Position numbers and translations under genes: made by a program. A stretch of DNA of 64,000 nt. Source: Thermoanaerobaculia bacterium. GTDB taxonomy: Bacteria; Acidobacteriota; Thermoanaerobaculia; Multivoradales; Multivoraceae. Location: assembly GCA_963664405.1 (NCBI GenBank), contig OY761158.1, positions 5,344,001 through 5,408,000 of the forward strand. Reading direction: 5' to 3'. Of the stretch, positions 50,245 to 58,670 are shown in pieces (the first letter of the stretch is position 1; every line of letters starts with the position of its first letter). Under the pieces are notes generated by a model that was not told the DNA's origin, ran no database searches, and saw only the letters and a list, made by a program, of their open reading frames with translations.

Positions 50245-51285
50245 ATGAACGAGGAGATGTGGTCGGGAGTTTGGGCGGGAGTCAAGAGCATGGAGCCGGC
50301 GAGGCGCCCTCTGGTTGCGCCCGGCCCAGGGGAGGCGCGGCTGCGCATCGAGGCCTGTGGCATCTGCGGCTCCGACCTCCACATCTACCGCGCCCCCGAC
50401 CTCGTCCCCGAGGGGACGACTCTGGGTCACGAGATGGTCGGCGTGGTGGAGAGTGTGGGGGATGAGGTCTCGGAATGGAGAGCCGGAGACCGGGTAACCG
50501 TCGAGCCGCTCATCTCGTGTGGTCGCTGTGAGATGTGCCTCCAGGGCTACGACAATCGCTGCCCGGAGTACGGCATCATCGGGATGCACCAGCCCGGGGG
50601 CTTCTCGGAGCAGATCATCGTTCCCGCTCGCCGTCTCTATAAGGTCTCGGAAGCCTTAGCCGCTCCGGTGGCGGCCCTCAGTGAGCCTGTCGCGGTCGTC
50701 GTCCACGGCCTTCAGCTTGGCGGCTTCACTCCCGGTCAGCAGGTCCTCGTGCTCGGCGGCGGCACGATCGGCCTCTTGACTGTTGCGGTAGCTCGACTCT
50801 GGGGCGCAGGAGACATCGTTCTCACCGCCCGGCATCCCCACCAGGTAGAGCTCGGGCGGAGGCTTGGCGCCAGTGAAGTCTTCGCGCCAGAGGAGGTGAG
50901 CCCGACCGAGCTGCCGCAATTGTTGGAGAGCAGACCCCCGGACCTCGTGGTGGAGACCGTCGGCGGCGAGGCCGACACCTTGGCCGCGGCCGGAGCTGCG
51001 GTCGCCCCCGGCGGCACGGTGGTGGTCCTCGGTGTCTTCACGGCTGAGATCCGGCTCGCCCCCATGCCGCTGCTCAAGAAGGAGGTGTGCTTGCGCTGGT
51101 CGCTCTGCTACACCCGCTCTGAAGCAGGCGCTGACTTCAGTGAGGCGATCGGACTCATCACGGCTCACCCCGAGCTATTCGGCTCCCTCCTCACTCACGA
51201 GCTGCCTCTGGCCGAGATCGGGCGCGGCTTCGCAATCGCCGACGACAAGAGCAGTGGTGCGATCAAGGTAACGGTGGTGCCCTGA
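50245..51285 (+). CDS. Zinc-dependent medium-chain alcohol dehydrogenase
   Basis: CGSDLH, GHEMVG, CGRCEMC-x7-C, EP, GGGTIG. Confidence 0.92.
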   Translation: MNEEMWSGVWAGVKSMEPARRPLVAPGPGEARLRIEACGICGSDLHIYRAPDLVPEGTTLGHEMVGVVESVGDEVSEWRAGDRVTVEPLISCGRCEMCLQGYDNRCPEYGIIGMHQPGGFSEQIIVPARRLYKVSEALAAPVAALSEPVAVVVHGLQLGGFTPGQQVLVLGGGTIGLLTVAVARLWGAGDIVLTARHPHQVELGRRLGASEVFAPEEVSPTELPQLLESRPPDLVVETVGGEADTLAAAGAAVAPGGTVVVLGVFTAEIRLAPMPLLKKEVCLRWSLCYTRSEAGADFSEAIGLITAHPELFGSLLTHELPLAEIGRGFAIADDKSSGAIKVTVVP

Positions 51286-52393
51286 GGTAGTCGACAGTGC
51301 ACACATCCCAGTAGCTCTCGAGGGCGCCGGCGTCGTAGAGCTCCAGGAATCTCGGGATGCTTTGAAGCAAGACTGTGCCTCGGTGGCCGCGTTGCCGCTC
51401 TGGGTGGGGGAGGCCATAGTGGAAATAGGATCGTATGAAGAGGCTGTTATCGCCCAGCGGAAGCGAGCGCAGGTTCTCGACGTAAGAGTCGAAGCGGCCT
51501 TCGCGCAGGAGATAGAACTCGACGTTGGAGGCGTAGAAGGTAGTGACGGTCTCCCCTCGCGACTTTGCCCATGCCCCCAGCTTTCGTAGAGCGTGGGGCC
51601 CGGCCAGGTCGCCCACGACCGGCACGAGTCGACCCGAGCCCGCGAGATTCTTGACGAAGGCGAAGTCTGAGTCTGAAGCGAGAAAGTGGCTTGCCTTCTC
51701 TGTCGGGGTTCTCGCCAAGAGTAGCGAGCGATAGCTCGGGTAGTGTCGCCCCCGCGGTCGGCCGTGGCTGCGGAAGCGGAGCTCCAATTGCTCTCTGAAG
51801 TAGGCCTCGTACATCGAACGAAGACGTCCTCGATCCTCGACGGAGAGGGTGAAGAGAAGCTGCGACTCGATGTGGGTGGTGAAGGCGGCGACATTCTGCT
51901 CGAAGACATCCTGGCTCGATGGCGACGCTTCGACCGCAGCGATGACACCGTTGATGTCGGTCGCTGCCGCCGCCAGAGCTTCCTCATTCGGTGATCTCGC
52001 GAATAGCCGGCACAGGTAGTGATAGGGCGTGGACGACTGGGCGAGGACGGCATTGAGGAGGAGATGGTGGAGCAAGTTGTCGCGGCGGATGTCGACGATG
52101 AAAGCCCAGCTGGGACGAGCTCGAGCGATGTAGTTGAAGTTCTGTTCCGGCCCGACACCGATGTAGACGCCGCCGACTGCATGCACTTGGTCGATGATCT
52201 GTGCGTAGGAGCCTTCGTTCGAGACCAGATTGTCGGTGTCGAAGTAGCCGGCCGGCTCGGAGAGGGCGGCGACGAGATCGACGAGGCGCGACGGTTCCGG
52301 TTCCCGGGCCCGGCTGCCGTGTGGTGGCGCGGCGGTGAGCAGAACGGCGGCCACGAGGCCGGCGCCGAACCTCGAGGCCCTCTTGCCGTGCAC
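51263..52393 (-). CDS. Conserved secreted hypothetical protein with SAM-MTase-like motifs
   Basis: Signal peptide; LSEPAGYFDTDNLVSNE, GGVYIGVGPEQNF, IVDIRR, FYASNVEFYL. Confidence 0.7.
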   Translation of the reverse strand: MHGKRASRFGAGLVAAVLLTAAPPHGSRAREPEPSRLVDLVAALSEPAGYFDTDNLVSNEGSYAQIIDQVHAVGGVYIGVGPEQNFNYIARARPSWAFIVDIRRDNLLHHLLLNAVLAQSSTPYHYLCRLFARSPNEEALAAAATDINGVIAAVEASPSSQDVFEQNVAAFTTHIESQLLFTLSVEDRGRLRSMYEAYFREQLELRFRSHGRPRGRHYPSYRSLLLARTPTEKASHFLASDSDFAFVKNLAGSGRLVPVVGDLAGPHALRKLGAWAKSRGETVTTFYASNVEFYLLREGRFDSYVENLRSLPLGDNSLFIRSYFHYGLPHPERQRGHRGTVLLQSIPRFLELYDAGALESYWDVCTVDYLRAPPLP

Positions 52394-52559
52394 TAGACCA
52401 GCGTTTCCAAAGTAGCGCTACATATCTCGGCCCGTTCTGCCCCGCTGGCGGCGTTGCGCCTCCTCGACATATTCCCCAATATGCCTGCGTCGGCGCGCCT
52501 TGCCAGCGAACAGAATGACCGCGAGCTATTGTAGCGCGACTTTGGAAACGCTGGTCTAG
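52393..52559 (-). mobile_element. 167-bp CTAG-bounded palindromic element, family B copy 3 (inverted; arms like copy 1)
   Basis: CTAGACCAGCGTTTCCAAAGT...ACTTTGGAAACGCTGGTCTAG; core is the reverse complement of the copy 1 core. Confidence 0.8.
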
Positions 52560-52579
52560 CCGTCTCCGGAGGCAACCGC

Positions 52580-53590
52580 TCAGGGGTGGCCCCCGCTACG
52601 GATCGAAGCGGAGCTTCCGGGTTGGCCAACGAAGTCGAGAATCTTTGCCGAGATGGCTTTGTCCGCACGACTCATGGCCAGGACCATGCGGCGATGGCTG
52701 TCGGTTGTAACAGCGAATAGCTCGCTGTCGGCCCCCTCTCGCGCCAAGGCCTGGTGGAGCAGGCGATTCTGGCGCGCCACAACAGGCCACTCTTTGGTGG
52801 TGTGAATGAGCAGAACGGGTGGAGCGTCGCCTTCTATCTTTGGGATCACGGATGCGAACTCACGCCAGTCGACGCCCGGAGTCTCGAGGTCAAAGCGCTT
52901 TGCCCACCAGCTTTGCGATCGGCCGCTGTCCCAACGCTCCTGATCGACGAGGTCGTAAGCGGAGCCGCTGATCAAGATAACGCCGGTGACCTCTTCGGGC
53001 TCGAGCCCGGCGCTGCGCATTTCGTCGCGATCCAGCGCCAGGCGAGCGGCCAGCCAGGCGCCGGCCGAGTGCCCGGACAGGAACACTCTTCCGTCGCCGC
53101 CGTACTCGTGCACGTGACGATGGGCCCAGCGCAGCGCAGCCGCGACGTCGTCGACCTGGTCGGGCCAACGCGCCTCCGGCTGGAGCCGATAGTTGACAAT
53201 CGCGACTCCGATGCCGCGAGCCGCATAGAAACGGCCGAGGTTGCCGTAAATGTTGTAGCCACCCACTCGCAGGTCTTTGTCGCCGTCGGTCAGAGAGCCA
53301 CCGTGAAGGAAGATGAGCAGTGGCCAACCGTCGGTGCCAGGGCGAAAGAGGTTGAGCCTGTGCTTCTCCTCGTCGGCCTCTTCGTCTGTACGGTAGGGGA
53401 GCCCGGCGACAACCTCGCCTCCGCCACTCAGCTCGGCGGGCTCGTAGAAGGGCTTGACGGCTACGCGCACTACGGCCGAGCAGCCCGAGAGAATCACCAG
53501 AGCCGCGAGCAGTTTCGCGGGCAGGAGGCTACGAGACAGCCGTCGCCTCCACCTCGACCATGGGCTCCGGAAATGCGAGCCTATTGACAC
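52580..53590 (-). CDS. Alpha/beta hydrolase (HSL/BD-FAE-like esterase)
   Basis: FLHGGS, VNYRL, DDVAAAL, GHSAG; start uncertain. Confidence 0.88.
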   Translation of the reverse strand: MSIGSHFRSPWSRWRRRLSRSLLPAKLLAALVILSGCSAVVRVAVKPFYEPAELSGGGEVVAGLPYRTDEEADEEKHRLNLFRPGTDGWPLLIFLHGGSLTDGDKDLRVGGYNIYGNLGRFYAARGIGVAIVNYRLQPEARWPDQVDDVAAALRWAHRHVHEYGGDGRVFLSGHSAGAWLAARLALDRDEMRSAGLEPEEVTGVILISGSAYDLVDQERWDSGRSQSWWAKRFDLETPGVDWREFASVIPKIEGDAPPVLLIHTTKEWPVVARQNRLLHQALAREGADSELFAVTTDSHRRMVLAMSRADKAISAKILDFVGQPGSSASIRSGGHP

Positions 53591-53706
53591 CGAGCAGAGT
53601 CTGGGGAGGATTCAAGGGTTCACCGGGGTGCGCTGCATAGGCTCTCTCCTCAGGTCAGGTGACGATCTTCTCGTTTTCCGACCAAGAAGTTTATCCCACT
53701 GAGGTT

Positions 53707-54633
53707 TCAGCTCTCGCTCGCTCCTCGCCGGTTTCGGCTTCTCCGGAGCGCGAGTATCGCGACGATCGCGGCCAGACAGACCAGGGTCGCTATCCGCGGT
53801 CGAATCTGCGCGACCTGCTCGGCGGGGCGGACGAGACCGAGGAGCTCCTGGGCTCTGCCGATCGCGAGACTGATGCGCCCCATGACAGTGTAGCCGAAGG
53901 ACGCTCCGAAGGAGAGCATGAGAATCAGAATCCCGAAGCGGCTCACCCACGGCTTATAGCGGGAAAAGGCAAGAAAGGGGGTGGCCGCCACCAGGCCGGC
54001 GCCGGCGGCTACAAAGGCAAGGGGCAGGCCGGGCAGGTCACCTGGGCGGACGAGGTAGACGGTAACGGTCGCGAGCACGAAGGCGGCGCCGGCGGCCTTG
54101 CTTCCGTGCGCGATTGCCGAAGGCGGCAGCTCGCTGAAGTAAAAGTGCGATAGGCAGGCAACGAGACCCGTGACCAGAAGCACGTCGGAGAAGAGGCCGG
54201 CGCCGTCGGCTTGCCACGACCAGAAACCATGGGTGGCGAAGCTGGTCGCCAGGTCGGGCATGCTCTGGGCGACCTGAGTCATTAGATTGGCGTTTGCCTC
54301 GCCGGTGAGCTTGACGCCAGCGTAGGCCGCGACCAGAAAAGCGATCGGCACTCGAGCGACCCAGGAACGTTTGCGACTGAGCTTGAAGAAGAGGAGAACC
54401 AGCAGAACCAGCGGAACGAAAGAGAGAAGGGTCCCTTGCGCCAGCTTGTCGATCAGATTCGGTTTGAAGACGCCGTAGTACTGCTCGACAATCCCCACCC
54501 CGACCGTGACCCCTAGGAAAGCGTGCTCCGCCAGTTTGTAGATGGGGTTGTCGTTATAGAGAAAGGAGAAGATCGCGAGGGTCAGAAAGATACTGAGCCA
54601 GGCGCCGAGGAGATCGAGAGTGGAGAGCTCCAC
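53707..54633 (-). CDS. Multi-pass membrane protein of GlmL-associated operon
   Basis: LTLAIFSFLYNDNPIYKLAEH...SFGASFGYTVMGRISL; many hydrophobic segments. Confidence 0.75.
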   Translation of the reverse strand: MELSTLDLLGAWLSIFLTLAIFSFLYNDNPIYKLAEHAFLGVTVGVGIVEQYYGVFKPNLIDKLAQGTLLSFVPLVLLVLLFFKLSRKRSWVARVPIAFLVAAYAGVKLTGEANANLMTQVAQSMPDLATSFATHGFWSWQADGAGLFSDVLLVTGLVACLSHFYFSELPPSAIAHGSKAAGAAFVLATVTVYLVRPGDLPGLPLAFVAAGAGLVAATPFLAFSRYKPWVSRFGILILMLSFGASFGYTVMGRISLAIGRAQELLGLVRPAEQVAQIRPRIATLVCLAAIVAILALRRSRNRRGASES

Positions 54634-54634
54634 T

Positions 54635-55486
54635 TCATGCCTCCTTGTGATGGCGGGTGAGAAAGTAGGCGACGTTGCCGACGATGAGAAGAACGATGAT
54701 GAAAACGTGGCCGAGATTGAGTACGTTCACTGCCAGCGTGGCGAGCTTGCGCACTCCCTCGGGTGCCTCCTCGGGCCACACCAGCTTCTCGTATTGGGCC
54801 GACCCAGGCATGCCGGCAGCCAGCCCCACCAGCTGGCCGGCCTTGTAGAAGGGAATGTAGTCCGGTCCCGATACTGCGGTCGTAGAGGAGACCATGCGCA
54901 GATCGTGCTGGCCCTGGATCTGGAGGACGTACTCGCGAGTGCCCGGCGAGCCCGCCGAGACCAGCACCAGAAGGTCGAAGTCGCGGGCCTGCTTGAGGCC
55001 CTGCATGATCGGCAGCTCGCTCAGCGGTGCTCCTCGATAGTCCGACGGAAAGGCCTTGGTTATGTTTTCGCCGATGGCTTTGATCGCTAGCTCCTGCCCG
55101 GGTTTGTAGCCGAGGAAGGCATAGTCGGTGCCGTACTCGTAGTCGTAGCTGGGACTGACTTCGTCGAGGTAGCTGACGACAAGCGGCGGAGCGAACTCCC
55201 ACAGGCACAGCACCACGATCTTGATGTCCTGTCGCATCAGATGATGAAGGTTGGCGCGAAAAAACGGACCGATCTCCGGCAGCCCCGCGGGATCGAAGTC
55301 GGCCGAGATCAGGACTCGCGAGCCTGGCTCCAACTCTTCTATTGCGTCGTAGACCGCCCTGACTCGCTCATCGACCCTGAACGGTAGGTCGACCGGATAG
55401 AGCATTGGAATCAGGATGGCGAAACCCATGCCGAGGAAGATCCACCGGCGGTCCATTTGCAAGAAACGGAGCAGCAGTCTTCGCAT
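54635..55486 (-). CDS. Membrane-anchored alpha/beta protein of GlmL-associated operon
   Basis: ATG 55486 (TGATG overlap): MDRRWIF...YEYGTDYAFLGYKPG...PFYKAGQLVGL...AQYE; N- and C-terminal TM. Confidence 0.75.
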   Translation of the reverse strand: MRRLLLRFLQMDRRWIFLGMGFAILIPMLYPVDLPFRVDERVRAVYDAIEELEPGSRVLISADFDPAGLPEIGPFFRANLHHLMRQDIKIVVLCLWEFAPPLVVSYLDEVSPSYDYEYGTDYAFLGYKPGQELAIKAIGENITKAFPSDYRGAPLSELPIMQGLKQARDFDLLVLVSAGSPGTREYVLQIQGQHDLRMVSSTTAVSGPDYIPFYKAGQLVGLAAGMPGSAQYEKLVWPEEAPEGVRKLATLAVNVLNLGHVFIIVLLIVGNVAYFLTRHHKEA

Positions 55487-56124
55487 CAGTCTGCTCCCAG
55501 GTGGCTGCGCTCGAGGCCGAGAATGATGCGCAACCCGGTGGCGACGGCACCTAGAGCGGCGCCGATGAAGATGGCTCGCCTTGCCGCAATGTTCGGCACG
55601 TCCATCATCCAGTTCATGAACTGCGGCAGGCGCTCTCCGATGAAGGGCAGGTCCTCGCCGATCGGAACGCGGGCGAGCATGACGACGCACGCAGCGACCA
55701 GCAGCACTGTAGCCTCGAGATTGCGCGCGCGGAAAGCCCGAAAAGCCGCGGTGGCAATGTAGAAGGCGAGTAGAGCGAACATGGTCGCGTTGAGCGGAGT
55801 GAGAACGAAGTCGAAGAACCAACGGTAAATCTGTCCCGGCTGGCTGCGATCGGTCCCGCCCGCGAAGCCGATGACCATGGTGGCGACCAGACATACCAGC
55901 ATGACGGTCTTGTAAGCCCAATCCTTCTCACGATGCACGATCTTGGGAAGGTTGACCTGAATCATGTTGATCAGTCCGAGAACAAAGGCTCCCGCGGCCA
56001 GAATCAGCCCCCACTCGAGGATGTCCTCGGTGACGAGGTGATAGCCGTAGTGGGGGATAAAGAACTCCCCGATCATGAAAATGCCGACGACGAAAGTGAC
56101 GACGAGGGGCAGAGTTGAGCGCAT
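55486..56124 (-). CDS. Membrane protein (about 5-6 TM) of GlmL-associated operon
   Basis: PLNATMFALLAFYIATAAFRAFRARN...PNIAARRAIFIGAALG...RIILGLER. Confidence 0.75.
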   Translation of the reverse strand: MRSTLPLVVTFVVGIFMIGEFFIPHYGYHLVTEDILEWGLILAAGAFVLGLINMIQVNLPKIVHREKDWAYKTVMLVCLVATMVIGFAGGTDRSQPGQIYRWFFDFVLTPLNATMFALLAFYIATAAFRAFRARNLEATVLLVAACVVMLARVPIGEDLPFIGERLPQFMNWMMDVPNIAARRAIFIGAALGAVATGLRIILGLERSHLGAD

Positions 56125-56129
56125 AGGGG

Positions 56130-56296
56130 CTAGTGTCCTGTATCAGTGGTTCGTTGCATAAATCGCGCAGTCATTTTGGGTGCTGCCAAGGCGCTACGAC
56201 GAAGGCATATTGGGCAATATTGCTAGGAGGAGCAACGACGGCGGCGCGCAAAAGGGCCAGCGAGTTGTGGGACGAACTACTGGTACAGGACACTAG
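56130..56296 (+). mobile_element. 167-bp CTAG-bounded palindromic element, family B copy 4 (third arm type)
   Basis: Arms CTAGTGTCCTGTATCAGTGGTTCGT / ACGAACTACTGGTACAGGACACTAG; core GTCATTTTG...AAGGCGC...AGGCATATTGGGCAATAT...GGAGGAGCAACGACGGC. Confidence 0.78.
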
Positions 56297-57546
56297 GTAC
56301 CGATGGTGAAAAGAGTTTGAAGGAAGGGGAAGCCGCAGGTGGTGAGAACCGTGCCCGCCGCGAGAGCCCAGAGGCAGATCACCTTGATCCAATCGGAGGC
56401 TTTGAGAGAGCTCACGAGACGGGGGTCGCGGCTGAGATAGGCTGAAACCGCGAACAACTCCTCACCGATGAGGGTGTAGTCACAGGCGGCGATGAAAAAG
56501 GGCAGCTGGGTGGGCTCGGCGGTTCCGGCGATCTGAATGGAGCCATTGAGAAAACCGGTCTCCGCGAGGATCAGAGATTCGGCGAAGAAGCGTCCCAGGT
56601 AGAGGTTGGTCGCGGGCTGTTCGCGAAGGATGATGCCGTTGGTCCCGGCGCAGAACGCGAACTGCTCTGAGCTGATGAAGCGGATGTCGCTACTCCTGAA
56701 GGCATCAGGATGTCCGGCCTGAAAGAAGCCGGCTCGCACCACTTCGTCGGCGACTTCGCGAACGATCGGGATCCGGCAGCAGACGATGATGTCGCTCTGA
56801 TACTCGGCGACGGTGCGGCTCACCTGGCCGAGGATGAGCATCGAGGCGATGGTTTGGATGTCTTGGAGCTCGTCGACTCCCGGCACATAGAGCACTGGTT
56901 TTCCCATTTCAGTCGCACGCCCGATGCCTTCTTCGATGGCGTCGATTCCCGGTATGCGCCGGATGCTGATCTCTCGGCCGCGGCGGGCTAGATCTGCGAA
57001 GCGTCGCATCAAGACTCCGGTCAGAAGAATCAGGCCAAGCAGCAGGAGGGAGCCTGGGCGGGTTCTGAGCCAGACGGCCCTGGGAGCCCCCGCCACAGCT
57101 GCCGAGGCGACACCTGCGGCCAGAATCTCCTGGACGCGATTGGCTCGATCCCGATCCTCGGCGGCTGTTAGATCTACATCGCTAGCACCTGCGGGAAGCT
57201 CAGTGACCACCGCCGATGGCAGGATGGAGGAGAGTGCTACGAGCCGATAAAAGTAGCTCTTCCGGGGTGGGTCGGAGCGCGGGTCTGTCGTCAGTCGGTC
57301 GGCCAGCTCGGTAGCACCTGCGGGTAGCGAATCCGTGACCACGTCCCAGGGCCCGGTCGCGCTGGGCGCGCGAAGAACCGCCCAAGCGGTCACGCCTTCT
57401 CTTGGTTGCCAGGAGAGCTCGAGCCCGAGGCCGTCAGAGTCGGCGGGCGTTCTGACCACCAGCTCGGGCGATGCTGGCTGTGACATCGCCGCCGGGGGGG
57501 CAGCCGCCGAGAGCAACAGAAGAAGGCTCCCCAGTCGTCGCCTCAT
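56293..57546 (-). CDS. DUF6754-type protein with N-terminal FN3-like extracellular domain
   Basis: Signal peptide; LSW...YFYRL FN3-like; TM; IRRIPGIDAIEEGIGRATEMGKPV, ESLILAETG, QLPFFIAACDYTLIGEELFA. Confidence 0.75.
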   Translation of the reverse strand: MRRRLGSLLLLLSAAAPPAAMSQPASPELVVRTPADSDGLGLELSWQPREGVTAWAVLRAPSATGPWDVVTDSLPAGATELADRLTTDPRSDPPRKSYFYRLVALSSILPSAVVTELPAGASDVDLTAAEDRDRANRVQEILAAGVASAAVAGAPRAVWLRTRPGSLLLLGLILLTGVLMRRFADLARRGREISIRRIPGIDAIEEGIGRATEMGKPVLYVPGVDELQDIQTIASMLILGQVSRTVAEYQSDIIVCCRIPIVREVADEVVRAGFFQAGHPDAFRSSDIRFISSEQFAFCAGTNGIILREQPATNLYLGRFFAESLILAETGFLNGSIQIAGTAEPTQLPFFIAACDYTLIGEELFAVSAYLSRDPRLVSSLKASDWIKVICLWALAAGTVLTTCGFPFLQTLFTIGT

Positions 57547-58670
57547 CCCTCGATGCTCTCCACATTGGTGCGGGGGATCATTGCGCTTTCACCGTTGGCG
57601 AAAGCGACTTCGAGAACCCTGGCCTTGGTCTCCGACCCCAGCTCCGCCAGCTCGACCGGTAGAGACTGGACGGTGCCGATGCGCCCGAACCAGGGAGCAC
57701 GAATGCCTCGCACGGTGTCGCCAATGGAGATCCCGACCGGCTCGGGCCGGACCACCTTGGTGTCGGGGACATCCTCTCGATCGTGAGTAATGACGATCTC
57801 GGGGCGGATCACGCCGGCTCGAATCTGAGTCGCTCCGTTGAGCGAGGCACGCCGACCGTCTTTGGCTGCGAGGAGTGCGAAGGTGGCCGGAGCCATGTCG
57901 ATGCGGCCGAAGCCTTCGGTGACCATCAAGGTGAGGCCGAGATCTTCGCCGCCGGTGACCGCTACCCCGACTTCGTAGCCCAGGATCTCCTTGATCTCGT
58001 CGTAGTCGAAACCCCCGACCACGAGGCCCGCGATGCCGAGCTCGCGGCCACGCTCGACCGCCTCCAGAGTTACGTAAGAGCCGCCTACGACGATCTTGCC
58101 GGCGTGCGCCGGGCTCAAGTGGTCGGGATCGAGAACCTCCTCCGGTCCGCTTACCGCGATGGCCAACTCCCCTTTGACTTCGCCGCCGAGCCCGAAGATC
58201 CCCTGGACCAGTGTTGCCGACGCCTGGACGACGCAACCCTCGCCGGGGATGACCTCCACCACCTTGCCGTTGATGTAGGCATCGATCTCGACCGGGACCG
58301 GGCGGGCTTGGAGGATCACGGTTCCGGTAACGGAAGAGATACTCTGGATGGTGCCGGTGACCACGGCTCTGCTCTCGGAGGAGAAGAAGCCGAAGAGGCC
58401 GGAGGTGCGGCCAAGAATCTCTCCCTGCTCGACGCTGTCGTCGACCCCCTTGAGCATGTAGCTCCGAAGGCGGGTGGCGTCGACTCCGAGCTCGTTGCCG
58501 ACGTTGACGGGGAAAATTTTTCCAGGCAGCTCGGTGCGAGCCACCAGCTCGTCGGCCGTGACTCTCTGACCGACCTCGACCAGAACTTCGCCCTCGAGGG
58601 GCAGGCGCCGGTCCCGCAGCACGATACCGTGCTCGCTGACCGTAAGCCCCGGAGTGAAGATGGTGCCCAT
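57543..58670 (-). CDS. Hypothetical protein with barrel-sandwich-hybrid-like N-terminal repeats and C-terminal KOW-like motif
   Basis: RRLPLEGEVLVEVGQRV, VEQGEILG...VTGTIQSI, VQGIFGLGGE, TEGFG, GATQIRAGVIRPE, GDTVRGIRAPWFGRIGTV. Confidence 0.75.
   Translation of the reverse strand: MGTIFTPGLTVSEHGIVLRDRRLPLEGEVLVEVGQRVTADELVARTELPGKIFPVNVGNELGVDATRLRSYMLKGVDDSVEQGEILGRTSGLFGFFSSESRAVVTGTIQSISSVTGTVILQARPVPVEIDAYINGKVVEVIPGEGCVVQASATLVQGIFGLGGEVKGELAIAVSGPEEVLDPDHLSPAHAGKIVVGGSYVTLEAVERGRELGIAGLVVGGFDYDEIKEILGYEVGVAVTGGEDLGLTLMVTEGFGRIDMAPATFALLAAKDGRRASLNGATQIRAGVIRPEIVITHDREDVPDTKVVRPEPVGISIGDTVRGIRAPWFGRIGTVQSLPVELAELGSETKARVLEVAFANGESAMIPRTNVESIEG

Noticed and set aside
39160-56296. Family B elements as intrinsic terminators, tRNAs or integron attC sites
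   Set aside because: No poly-T tail, no cloverleaf or T-loop, no RYYYAAC/GTTRRRY ends, and flanking genes are not cassette-like.
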